Part shown: positions 1-12,700 of the stretch, piece by piece
Layout: each line of letters begins with the position of its first letter
How positions within the stretch are numbered: position 1 is the stretch's first letter
Origin: Haliotis rubra
Taxonomy: Eukaryota
DNA length: 64,000 nucleotides
Direction: 5' to 3'
Assembly (NCBI RefSeq): GCF_003918875.1
Contig: NW_025767431.1
Span: 248,001-312,000, forward strand
Program-made: the position numbers and the translations under genes
The notes under the pieces: generated by a model
What the model was told of the DNA's origin: nothing
Database searches by the model: none
What the model saw: the letters and a program-made list of their open reading frames with translations, nothing else

Positions 1-306
1 AACAACAACCCATACATGTCTAGTACCCATTCGCTCTACTCAAGGCTATTATACCAGGGTATTTCCCAGATCGGAGATTTGATCAACAGCTCGAATCTCA
101 TTCTACGTGCTTGATCCGAAGTGTTCAGTTTGAAGTACAGTCAAAATAGGAACATCGTCACCAATATAGCTTTACCATTGATAGTCATCATCAGCCTACG
201 TTTTATCCTCTGGCTTCTACTGGACGGGGGGTAATATTGCTCTCGGTACATTCCATTCATTTCTGAACATTTCTGAAATGTAACAACGTAAGCTCTTCCC
301 ATTCAC

Positions 307-1068
307 AGTGACAGTTGTGTTACAGTTTGCGAACGTGAGAAGACTAACATTTTAATAGACTCACTCTTTTGAAGTGTAATGTCATCTTGACCTTGCGGGG
401 AATGCATATGGAGTCAATACGACTGAAATCCCGAAGCATGATGGGTCACATGTATTAAATCGTGCTAGAAACACAATAGGTAAACCCAGGGAATTATAGT
501 ATTACTCAACTGATGGAGATGTTGGAAACACAGGGCGAACTGTGTCTTGTTGTTTTGTTGATTATTTCAACTCGCATTATCCCATCATGAGTAGCTGCAG
601 TTATGTTTGTTAGGCTTCATCGATGTTAAAAGCTCACCCTTGTGGATCCCGTCTGAACTCTTGTCTAACTCTGATAGAGTGAGTGAGTGACAGCTGTGTT
701 ACAGTTTGCGGACGTGAGAAGACTAATAATTTAATAGACTTACTGTTTTGAAGTGTAATGTCATCTTGACCTTGAGGGAAATGCATATGACGTCAATACG
801 ACTGAAATCCCGAAGCATGATGGGTCACATGTATTAAATCGTGCTAGAAACACAATAGGTAATCCCAGGGAATTATAGTATTGCTCAACTGATGGAGATG
901 TTGGAAACACAGGGCGAACTGTGTTTTGTTGGTTCACATTATTTCAACTCGCATTATCCCATCATGAGTAGCTGCAGTTATGTTTGTTAGGCTTCATCGA
1001 TGTTAAAAGCTCACCCTTGTGGATACCGTCTGAACTCTTGTCTAACTCTGATAGAGTGAGTGAGTGAG
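307..1068. repeat. Direct tandem duplication, ~379 bp x2
   Basis: 311-689 is repeated at 690-1068 with few substitutions. Confidence 0.9.
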
Positions 1069-1191
1069 TATGATTTTACGCCGCTTTTAGCAATTTTCCA
1101 GCAATATCACGGCGGGGGACACCAGAAATGGGCTTCACACATTGTACCCATGTGGTCAATCGAACCAGGGCTTTCGGCGTGACGAGCGAAC
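1058..1191 (-). mobile_element. tRNA-derived SINE family A, 5'-truncated
   Basis: B-box-like GGTTCGA on minus strand, (CACT)n tail, 14-bp TSD aactctgatagagt at 1044-1057 and 1192-1205. Confidence 0.85.
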
Positions 1192-1629
1192 AACTCTGAT
1201 AGAGTTCTGCTGTACGGCATCAGGCAATAAACAAACCCTTGCTCTTGTGGGTAGGTGTTGAATGCTCACTGCTGTCACCTGTGGCTATTACGACATGTAG
1301 AGGGCTTTTTCGGCTGGGGATAAAGACTGACTGTATTCTAGCGTTGACCTGATGTGTTTACATTCCAGTGAAGATAATGGAGATAAATCGCCGTTACCAA
1401 CACCGTTGTCAAAATATCTAGCTGACTAGAGGTTTCCATTCTTTCGGTCAGCTCGACATTTGAAAAATGTTACACATCATAATATAGATCAAATGCAGGA
1501 AGTATGTGAAGAGAGCCAAGACGTATGATTCTGGTGGTATATAAGGACAAACGTGATCCTATATAATCTTATTGTATGACTATTTGGGAACAAAACTGAT
1601 TCGAAATAATTGTAGTAACTGACTATTTA

Positions 1630-1780
1630 GGGGTCGCCTTGTGGTTAAAGCGTTGGCTCGTCACGCCGAAGACCCGGGTTCGATTCCCCACATGGGTACA
1701 ATGTGTGAAGACCATATCTGGTGTCCCCCTCAGTGATTTTGCTGGAATATTGGTAAAAGCGACGTAAAACCAAACTCACG
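1630..1780 (+). mobile_element. SINE family A
   Basis: A box (gtggttaaagcg) and B box (gggttcgattccc), same body and tail as the other copies. Confidence 0.85.
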
Positions 1781-2142
1781 CAACACATATTATACATATT
1801 TTCTCAGCACTGTAATTAATATATTCTACACTGGCACTGTTTACATATCACAACATAATGAAACATATATTGGAGAAGGCCTCGTAAGTGTGGGATCTGT
1901 GCCTCATACATGTGTTTCTTCACAATAAATAGATTTACAAATCACCGGATAGAAGCTTCACTATGAATTGTACCGGTACTGTCCAGATTAGAGAGGTTTC
2001 ACTGCATCAGCATGGCTGGATTTATTTGCCTTAACTCTCAACAGGTTACCAACCTGGATATCTTGACCTAAATGTTTATCGATAGATAAATATAAACATC
2101 GTTTGATTGGCATTCTAGAAGTTGATGCGTCCGTAATAAATC

Positions 2143-2343
2143 AACTTTATGGATAACAACTTCTTGTCTATTGCAAAGAGCAACGTTTCAGTGTGACACT
2201 GGATCCTAACAGCGTTTTCGAGCTAAAAGTAGCTTTAGCTTGAAAAGGGTGTAAGGATCGACTTTTAGCTTGAAAACAGTGTAAGGACCCACACTGAAAC
2301 ATCGATATTTGCAATAGACAAGAAGTTGTTATCCATAAAGTTG
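2143..2343. mobile_element. Foldback element: inverted pair resembling Penelope-like termini
   Basis: caactttatggataacaacttcttgtctattgcaaa is the reverse complement of tttgcaatagacaagaagttgttatccataaagttg. Its end resembles 14885-14960. Confidence 0.55.
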
Positions 2344-2387
2344 CATGCTTCAGTATGTAAACATTTCAATTTTGTTCCATAACACAG

Positions 2388-2566
2388 AGAGGTTGCCCAC
2401 GGAAGAGGAGGAGAAATTTCCTGTTGCCTTCCCAGAGTTACCCTGCAGCGCCCGACCCGTCATCACATCTTCCGGAGGGGGTGACCTGTCCCCCGGCTCC
2501 CGACCCGTCACATCTTCCGGAGGGGGTGACCGATCCTCCAGCTCATCATTGTACACATCGGCTTGA
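2388..2566 (+). CDS. Terminal coding exon of an upstream TNFR-like paralog (gene 0); earlier exons not found in the window
   Basis: Acceptor ...ccataacacAG ends at 2387, phase 1. Translation RLPTEEEEKFPVAFPELPCSAR... aligns with the last exon of gene B (LPAEEETKFPTAFSDLPYSAR). Stop TGA 2564-2566. Confidence 0.75.
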
Positions 2567-3403
2567 GGGGTGACTTCTTATCCCCAGTAGGCCAGTACCC
2601 CATTCGTCAGCATCCTTCAGCATCCTTTGAGGATCTTCAGAGCTGAATCTTTGACTGTGTTACCACTTCGAACTTTCTAGGCATGTATTCAATGGAACAT
2701 GTTAAAACATAAAGTTATGTTATGTTACATGTGCTACCCAGACAAAAAATAAAGACAGTGTCACGCATATTTTCATATGACAACTAAACTGTATAGGCTG
2801 TTAGTATTGCAATAGCTTTCTACAGCAGTTGTAAGTGGTATCTTGAGTGATATCTTCAGGACCTGTTCAGGGTAGTCTCATAGTGTAACTTGATGTTACT
2901 AAGTGCGTGTGATAGTACTGCAGGTTCACAGTGCGTGTTCAGGGTTCAGCTACATTCCTTACTATAGTTAACATGTGTCTACATCGTGACACAAGTATGA
3001 ATCTATAAACACAGAAGGGTGTTCATTGATCATTTGATATACACCGTGGATTCATTCAAAACATCCGAATAAGCGTTATTACAATTTTCTTAGCTCATTT
3101 ACAAAACGACAGTATTTCTAGATGTGTATTAGAATGATGGAATGATTATCAAGTTAAGTTCTCACATTTTTGTACATTGTTGCTATTTTTACACACGTAC
3201 CTATATTTTAATATTTCAACGTCTTCAGTTTGAATTAAATCATTTATTGCATACTAATGGTAATGGTGGTGAGATGCATATGTTTGTGTACACTACCATT
3301 GTGGCTCAATCACCACTTTTACATGTTGCTGCAAGCATACCAGTTCATTACTGTTATCCAAAACACCGCTGTTCGTCAGTGGATATCTCATTTTCATGAC
3401 AAG

Positions 3404-3501
3404 GGGGCGGTTTGGTAGTCCAATGGTTAAAGTGTCCTTTCCTCACGCTGATTACCCTGGTTCGATTCCCCACATGGGTACAGTGTGAAGCCCATTTCTG
3501 G
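3404..3501 (+). mobile_element. SINE family A, 3'-truncated
   Basis: tRNA-like head ggggcggtttggtagtccaatggttaaag...ggttcgattccccacatggg. Confidence 0.75.
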
Positions 3502-4040
3502 TTGGTTTGAAAATAAGGGCAAATTAAGGGTTATTTATCGAATGCAGTTTGTGCAGTTCAAGAATTTTATGAATCATTTTTATACCAGATTACATTGGTG
3601 AATTCCTTCATAACATATATTGGTTCTATTTTCTGTTATTTTCGTTTAACAGTCTAATCTTTCGATGTCATGTGTAGTAATCATTATGACTTTCCATTCT
3701 CCATTAGTGGTCTAAGACCACCTTAGAGTTATTCATTTCCTTTCGGTACCACCACCGGGGTACTTTCAGTTTAGAGGGGGACTCCAGGGTCCACTCCACT
3801 GCAATGACTTTCTTTGTTTTGTTTACTACCTGTAAGATGTAGTATGTCATTATAGACAATCTATGCAATCTCATGTACAATATAAATAAAACTAGGGCAG
3901 TGTTATCGTTTTGGTCATTTTATAATAATTTATACAAAAAATTGATATTATAGTCAAATGTTTTAGCAAATAAAACTTTAAGTATATATGTGTATTGTTT
4001 TTTGTATTGATAAGGTCATTGAGACTGTTTTGGTTAACAT

Positions 4041-4192
4041 CACAGGGGCGTGCCACGCTTAGAAACAGCGTTAGAAAGACATATAGGTATATAGACCCTA
4101 CCCTATTACTATATAAAATGATAGTACTAGGGTAGGGTCTATATACCTATATGTCTTTCTAACGCTGTTTCTAAGCGTGACACGCCCCTGTG
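4041..4192. mobile_element. Palindromic MITE (CA...TG termini, 8-bp TSD; P- or hAT-type)
   Basis: ~70-bp near-perfect inverted arms; flanked by gttaacat (4033-4040) and gttaacac (4193-4200). Confidence 0.8.
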
Positions 4193-4721
4193 GTTAACAC
4201 TTTGTGGAGATTCTAAGGCAGATTAAATCCGTGTACCCTCTGATCGCCATGAGAGCCGTAAAAGAGGATTAGGTGGTTAAAATGTTTGTCGTCATTGGTT
4301 ATTTGGCATGGTATCCATTGATAGTTGTTCATACTTTGTGTGGATCATGTCCTGGCTTGTCATGACCATGTCATATAGATATAGCCATGCTAACTGCGAC
4401 ATTGAACAATATTCACCAAATTAATCCATTGATAAGTCAGATGATAGTCTAGTGCTTATATCGATCCAGTTCATGCCACACGTATGTGTACAATCAGACC
4501 TCTCAAAACATCAATATTTGTTGTATTACCTTTACAATGAAATACAAAAATACGTGCTTACGTTATAGTCGTGACAGACAACAGCAGGGTAAAGTGTATC
4601 TGCCATCATTTCATGAATACCTTGTGGTAAGACTGTTACATGAATGTCACCACCAACTGAAGCACAACATACTTGATGTATGTAATGATAGAACACTGTA
4701 TGTGTTGTCTGGGTGTACTAG

Positions 4722-5070
4722 TATTCATTTTGTAAGGGTGTATTCATTTTGTAAGGGTGTATTCATTTTGTAAGGGTGTATTCATTTTGTAAGGGTGTAT
4801 TTATTTTGTAAGGGTGTATTCATTTTGTAAGGGTGTATTTATTTTGTAAGGGTGTATTCATTTTGTATTCATTTTGTAAGGGTGTGTTTATTTTGTATGT
4901 ATTTATTTTGTAAGGGTGTATTCATTTTGTAAGGGTGTATTCATTTTGTAAGGGTGTATTTATTTTGTAAGGGTGTATTCATTTTGTAAGGGTGTATTTA
5001 TTTTGTAAGGGTGTATTTATTTTGTAAGGGTGTATTCATTTTGTAAGGGTGTATTTATTTTGTAAGGGTG
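4722..5070. repeat. 19-bp minisatellite (tattcattttgtaagggtg)n, ~18 copies
   Basis: Directly visible period of 19. Confidence 0.95.
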
Positions 5071-6624
5071 CAAATATCGGGGCCATAAGTGGCATTTGAG
5101 TACGAGTGTTACCTTTCATCCTGAACATGCCCCATAGCCACGAACAGTACTAAATATGTCCTGTGGGATTGTACACGTATACTTTCTCACGTAAGACAGG
5201 CAGTTGTAATGACTGTTTTTCAGCGATCTGGGGGCACTCATATTACTTTACTGATATTTCGTCTTTTACATTCAAAGGAATATGTTTTGGATATTTTAGG
5301 TTATTGAAGTGGTATGAACAGATTTCTGGAAACACATAAATCGTCAGTTTGGCCTGAGATCGTGGTTTGGTCCCATTTTACCGGCAGTGAAAGTGAAGGG
5401 AATGTGGGACACCCCTTTTGCATAAATGAGTATGTATTGTATCGAACACATTAAAGTTCCGTGTCACTGAACATCGATCTTGTCATATCCTTAAAGGTAA
5501 TTACGTTTCACTACATGAATCCTGTCAGTAAAATATCTAAATGATTTTGACATTCCTTCAGTCAACAATAACCGCTCCCTCAGTTAGGGTCATAGGTGAG
5601 AATAAGTGGAACCATCAAATGTTGTCACATAGTACATATCAAGATTAATATTAGAACTGACTATATGATTTAGCAATGTATGTCACTAAGTGCTAAAGAT
5701 GGTGTTTATAGCGCAGATATAGTCCGGGAAAACAAGGGGGCTTCCCCCGACACTTGAATCAGACTGTTGATTCGTACGATCTACATGTACACTGCCATGT
5801 ATACTATTCACACTTTGCTAAGGATAAAATCACGGATTCAACAGAAAACTGTTACATGGGGTCAAATTAGGTATAAACATCTAAGCTTATTGTAAGCATG
5901 GATCCTAGGTTTCAGTATGTCATTGCATCTTGTGGATCCCATACCTGATGTTGACATCTTTTTTTTGTTGTGTCAATTATTCGTTCCAGGATTTGCAAAA
6001 TGGTTGATTTTTGCCATGAAAACCATTTTTATGTTTACTCATGTATCAAGTGCTTAAGGGTAGATTAAATCTAAGGTTAGATTTGGGTGTTTACCCAAAG
6101 AGGTGTTACCATATCATTATTTATCCAGTTTTAAATGGATACAATTTCAAATTATAAATCTACGATGAAGTAAAGAATTTTGGTGATCCTTAGCAAAGTG
6201 TGAGTAGTATATTACGCAAGTGAGTATCGCGTACCTACACTTCCCCGAACGACCTTGTGGTATTATTATACAAAAGATAATGACATAGCAAAACAGAAAG
6301 TCACAAAGGTGGCAAATCTGCCAGCATGTCACCTTTTCGCTGTGATAATGATGTATGGTAACTTTTCACTTTTTACCGTACCTAGAAATCGAATGACCAT
6401 TTTGTATGCATGTATGTATGTGTATGTGTGTGTGTCACAGTGTGTGTACAGTCAAACACCGATAAGTCGAACTTTGATGTGTCAAACATACGGCTGTCTC
6501 GAGTAAAAGCTTGCTTCCTGCGAATTCCATCTTTATTCATCGTTTTTGTTGTACCGATAAGTCGAATACTTTACTTCGATACAACGGCGTTTACTAACAT
6601 GTCCATAGTGAGAATACGTATTCG

Positions 6625-6736
6625 ATACAACATAGACAATAGTAACTACTCAATACAACATAGACAATAGTAACTACTCAATACAACATAGACAATAGTA
6701 ACTACTCAATACAACATAGAAAACAGTAACTACTCA
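6625..6736. repeat. 28-bp tandem repeat x4
   Basis: atacaacatagacaatagtaactactca repeated. Confidence 0.9.
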
Positions 6737-7354
6737 TTGTCATTAGCAGTTGACACGTTCAATGGGGCTTTATAACATTCGGTACACAGACATTTTAGCC
6801 ACTTGCCAACAGATGACATTATGGCCGATGACGATGTTCCCTAAACACTGAAATGTATAATCCATTTAATCACCCATCACCCACCAAGATATATTTAGTG
6901 TGTCTTATATAACATATTGATTCAAGTGGATTTGGAATTCCGTCTGATTTTAAGAGATGGAGTGAGTGAGTATGGTTACACGTTTTCATCAATAACACGG
7001 CAGAGGACACCACAAATGAGTTTCACATTTTTTACTCATGGTATCTGAAGGATAAAAGAACAAGAATGTGATATTGTACTTGTGAATATTAAAATGTGTT
7101 CGTGTGTAGAAGTAAGTGTTATTATTTACATTGCTGGCACCATGACATATAAAACCATGCACCCCTGAAGAAAGTAAACTTAAACAGTGTCTCATAAATC
7201 GGTTAAAGTGATTCGGTAACTGTAAGCAAAATAAATTATGTAACGACATATAACAAGTTAATACAGACATTTAATCACATTTTAGACCAATTGTTAGTGA
7301 ACTGTAGACCAAGAGAAGAAAGTTGAGTGTTTATTTCCAATCATCAAGTAACAG

Positions 7355-8817
7355 ATATCACATGTTATATTTGGCATTACACCTTCATTGTAAAGTACAG
7401 ATTCTAAAGTACTGTCGGAAATGCTAGAAAAATGCTTTTTGACTTATATTTAAAATTCAGAGGTATTACAGTTACTTAAATAACAAATATCACTTCAAGA
7501 AACATCTACCTAATGTAGACCGAGGGAATAAATTTTGAGACATGCTCTAAAATGTGTTTTTACTGATGAAAATACCAAAAACTTAGAAAAATAAGCGGTA
7601 GAGGGACGTTATTTGATACAAACATTAACTGCCTGTGTTACGTCATCAGCATCCACGGTATCGACAGGTGAAATTGACACCTGAGCACACGCTCGGGCGA
7701 GGGGTCATCTCAATAGATGTTTTCTGCAAAATGTTGAATATGTGTACTTAAAGTATACGTATCGGTTATGTAAGGGATCATTTGTGTATGTGTGTTTGTT
7801 TTGAAATACCCATACGAATTACTGTACATTGGAAAGAATCCTATCACTTGTGTTATCTTATCGATTGATGGTAGAAATGTGCAACGTTTTAATAAATGTT
7901 TTGCATAGTATATTTCATTGAAAAAATATGGATGTAATTCGAACAGTTTAATCTAGTTGTGAACATTGGCCAAAGATTTAACGAAGTCACTGGTGTAGCT
8001 TCTTTAGAATATATATATTTTTCTTCTCATAAAGTTTGTAGACCGCCCGTCTAAGCACTCCCTTGTCAAAGTTGTCAAGGATGGTTTTACGTCCCGGTTT
8101 TGCATTTGAGACGGTCCCTGTCTTGTATGATTTGTTTACAATATTGTAAACTTGTTGATAAGACATGCCAACAGCTCTGCAAGTTCTGTAATAAACCCTT
8201 TCTAAACTAATGAAAGGTTTACCTCTGTCTTTTTTAAGCAGAAAAAACCTATAAACCTTTGCAACAATCGACTGCAAATCGTTGGCCATAGTGGACGTTG
8301 TGATAAAGATGTGCATGCATGACGGGAAACTTATTGATCAAGACTTAATATTTATATTATATTTCTTCAATAAAGAAACGATAATTAAGTAAAGTAACAC
8401 AAACATTCAACATTTATTTGTTTAAGAAACACGTTAATTCATATTTTTACACCACCTGTATTATTAGCATAAATGTAAAGACTATTTCAGATTTCTGTTG
8501 TTGAACTCAAAAAATCTTAAGTTGCTGTTTTGGTACCAAAATCTCTCCTGTAAACTGCCCTTTAAATGCATGGGAATGTTAAATCGGTTGAAATAAAAAT
8601 TAGGTAGACAATAGATGAGTTGATATATTGACAACATAGTACATTTTTCACTTTTATAAAGATATTAAGGCTAAAAAGCATTTTTCTAGCATTTCCGACA
8701 GTACTTTAGTACTTTTGTTGGGCTGAATCCCATGTGGCATTCGAACCCACACCCTCAGAGTCAGGACACAAATTTTAAAGTCAGCCGCCTAACCCGCTCA
8801 GACACCGCGACTTCCAC
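7355..8817 (-). mobile_element. tRNA-derived SINE family B, split by the 7407-8706 transposon
   Basis: 7355-7406 and 8709-8817 join into the reverse complement of the family B copy at 41897-42060. Confidence 0.7.
7407..8706 (-). mobile_element. Internally deleted Tc1/mariner(IS630)-type DNA transposon
   Basis: 34-bp TIRs aagtactgtcggaaatgctagaaaaatgcttttt; TA TSD at 7405-7406 and 8707-8708. ORF 7987-8316(-) resembles a transposase N-terminal HTH region (GRKTILDNFDKGVLRRAVY); no DDE domain present. Confidence 0.75.
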
Positions 8818-8818
8818 A

Positions 8819-8980
8819 TGACTTTGTGTGCTGGCGATTAGGTGCCTGACTCTGAGGGTGTGAGTTCGAATCCCTCTTCGGACTCAAGACAACAAAAGTA
8901 CTAGAATCTGTACTTTACTGAGAAAGTGTAATCCCAAATATAACATATGTTAAATTTGACCACTGTCTAAATGGCATTGA
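8819..8980 (+). mobile_element. SINE family B
   Basis: gactctgagggtgtgagttcgaatccc...gtactagaatctgtactttactgagaaagtgtaatcccaaatataac is shared with 41940-42060. Confidence 0.7.
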
Positions 8981-9747
8981 GTAATTACAACAAGTAACAC
9001 TCCAAAGGTTATGACAAAGGGCCGGGTACATGCCCTAGAAGCTTAAAGTATACCAACCACCACCACCACCCCACCCCCACCCCCCACCACCCACACCCAC
9101 ACGAATAACACACAAACACACACCACAACAAATCAAGGCCATGTTTCGCTTCTAGGTTTAGGGGTGGGCTCGTTATTGTTGAGCATGTCATATCCTGACT
9201 ACTTTTCATTGCTGCAAAATTGTGTTAAAAGTCTGAAGTATATACGAAAATTGATAAGGGTGGGTGGGATAAGCAGATGTAGGACAGTGTGGTGCTGATG
9301 TTTGTCCCTGACCACCACCAGGGAGCAGAAGACACGGGTTCACAATATAATTCCAATTGCATAAACATGAAGTTGTTGGATTGAAACTAATCGTAAAAAA
9401 ACCGTACAAAAACTGTAGCACAGAAATTGAAATTATTTTATTACTTGTCTATACAGAGTGATACTATACAGATTGTTGCATATAAGTATGTTTTGATGAT
9501 CTCCATGGCGTTAGTTTAGCAGTGAATCATAGCTAAATAAGCACAAACGTATTTGGTCATGTGTTCACACACTCAGGGAGTGGTGTTTACGCTGTCAACC
9601 TATAGCCAGCCACTTTCAGCGAAAAGAGGTTAATCGATCGCTCTCCACCTACCGCCGTATACACTTCATTCAGTCTGGCGTATCTCTCGGGCTGGCTGGA
9701 CGTGTTTCTCTGCTCTCGCTGACAGCAACCTGTAAGAGGAAACAAAC

Positions 9748-12700
9748 ATGTGTTTATACCGCGTTACAGAACTGTTTGTCATTATAACGCTAGCTGTCTC
9801 TGTAAGTGTGTATGGAGATTGTCCACCGGGCAGGTATTTGGACCCAGTAACAAATAACTGTGATGACTGTGGGGATATCTGTGAACATGCGGACATACAA
9901 GGAACTCAGGCGGACTGTCAACGACTGTGTTCGGGTAAGAGTCATCACAGGTGTACTCAGTTCGTGTCAGTTTTATTCGTGTTGCTGGTTGCAAAGAAGT
10001 GTGTGACAAGGACCCTTCATTTCTAATTGGTTTATTCACAGTTCATATTCTTCTATTATATTATAACCGTCTAGTAGGGGTAGTGTATAGTGGTCCCACT
10101 AGAGCGGAAGGTCGGCGGTTCGATAGATTGCCGTGTCATATATGAAATGGGTGTGTGAGTGAGTTTAGTTTTTCGCCGCTTTTAGCAATATTCCAGCAAT
10201 AACACCAGAAATGGGCTTCACACGTTGTAGCCATGTGGGGAATTGAAACCGGGTCTTCGGCGTGACGATTGGATGCTTTAACCTATAGGCTATGGTGATC
10301 TACCTTCAGTTGCTGGGAGTCTATAGCCTGTTTCTACATTGTCTTGTTATTTCTAGTTAAAGTATTTTAGATTTAATTACTAGTTGTAAAGGGATATCTG
10401 TGATATACTTATAGTTTTACTGTTCTTCGTCAACAGGCTTTTAATTTCTAATTTTACTGATATATGATATAATAATTGATTGTTCTCGTCACGATATGGT
10501 TGAAGTATTGCCGATGTGACGATAAATAATAACTCACTCACTCACTCACTAGGCTACCCCACCGCTCCTTTGAAATGGGATAGAAACAGTTTACCTTTCT
10601 GGCCCTGGACTTGTAAGGATACAATAAGGACAGATAGTCAGCGAGTCAGTATATCAAATTAACCCAGTAGTTGTGTATTGTTTGTTAGACTCAGTGGCAG
10701 ATAATGAAAAATGGCATTTCGTTTGACGGATACAAACGAACTATCCCCATCCTCTCCACCCCACCAAATGTCCTTTCTCCGACTAGCCTGACACCAGAGA
10801 CCGTGTGTGGAAACACTTGTAGATTAAGGTTCCAATATATAACGAATATCTCGTGACAACTGAAATATATCAATAGGAATTGTAATATATTTCCAGCTGC
10901 CATTTAAATGTGCCATTAGTCTAAATGCCTGACATTGAGCAATTCCTACACTACAAAACGGCTATGCGTGTGTATAGTAGAGCTATAGATTTATGTGTAG
11001 CATCATGAACATATAAAACTGTGGTTGGTATCATCAGCTACTTGGAAGACTTCAAAGTCAAACGTATAATATAGTATCAATCAATGAACGTATTTATTGA
11101 GATTACATGAATAGGTAAACACATTCAATTCCAATTACAAGGAATTACTCTGCTCAGGTATCGTGATAGCAAATGTGTGATATTTCGCATTCATTTAAAC
11201 ATGTAAATGAACACTTGTGTATCAGGGTACCACCTGGATGGAGCAGCAACCACTCAGCTACCTCAGTGTCCTTCAGACCAGTACTACGACAGCGCCATAT
11301 CACGGTGTGACTACTGCAGTGTCATATGCGACAACCACGTCATACAGGGAACAACTGCCCAGTGCAAAGAAAAATGTCCGCCATGTGAGTGTCATTTATA
11401 TATTATGATCTAATACGATATTCACCTTCAAAATATCATTTTATTTACACACACACACACACACACAGAACTTTAACATACAGTACATTTACGTGCAGTG
11501 CTTTCATTACATGTTTCACTGGGCACGTGTTAAGAAACTGTGTTATAATTTCAGTTTAACTATAACAAATGTTTTAAACGATGTGCCATTATGCTACTTA
11601 GATAGACAGTGTGTCTTCCACGACACTATGTCAATATAACGCCACAAATGACTAACAGATGATATTTACACATCAAGCTACATTTTCCGAGACCGCTTGA
11701 AGCTCCAAACTATCGATAGTAAAAGTGCAAATTATGCTAAGTCATTTCTCCCAGATACAGTAAGATTGTGGAATTGTTTGTCTACCGATTATAGAGAAAC
11801 GGCTACTTTGGGTAGTTTTAAGAAACAGATTAATGGGTCAAATAATAATAATAGTCAAAATTACTTCAATTTAAGCTTTGGAACAAGATTCTGTCAGATT
11901 ATCCATTCACGCCTCAGGCTCGGTTGCAGCGATTTAAACGCACATAAATATCAACGATTTATATCCTCAAATCCCTCTTGTTCTTGTGGCTACTGTTATG
12001 AAGATCCAATTCACTATTTCTTTTCGTGCGTTAATTACACTGACATAAGACATAAAATGCACTTCTATACTAAAGGATATGACATCAAATCAATACTATA
12101 CGGCCACTCTCATGGATCTACTAAAGGTAATCTTGAATTATTAGAATCTATCCATTCTTTCATTGTACTGTCAGGCAGATTTGAGTTGTAATATATACTA
12201 GTAAACGAATTGCACTTACTATTAAGTATCTTCCGACACTAATGGTTCTAACATTAAAAGTGGCATGTTACAGTTTATGATTGTTACATTTCCAGAAAGC
12301 TATTGTTTATTGTTTGTTGATATCATGTTTTTCTCCGTACGATTATTATATCTATAATATATCTGTATTCCGGAGCGGTATTCATATAAGCACCATACTG
12401 CTTGTTTACCAATCCGGTTCCTCTTTTGGAAATAAATATGTTTAAACCAGATGATATCAAGTGAAAGAATTTATGATAAGCTTTTAACGGATTTATCCTT
12501 TCAGTAAGTGGTGCCCAATCGTATGATAATAATACATTCTAAACAATATTAGTCATGCTTGTATTTCAGACTTTGAACCGAAAGTTATTGAAAGCCAACA
12601 ACTCACACCCTTAGTTATAACTATCTGCTGTATACTCGGTCTGTGTCTTGTCTTGGTGAGCGTGTATGGCCTGATGGTGTGTTTCTGTGAACATCGTCTT

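Noticed and set aside
6447-6620. Pogo/Tigger-like MITE start (tacagtcaaacaccgataagtcgaac)
   Set aside because: Only one clear terminus; the matching end and TSD could not be fixed.
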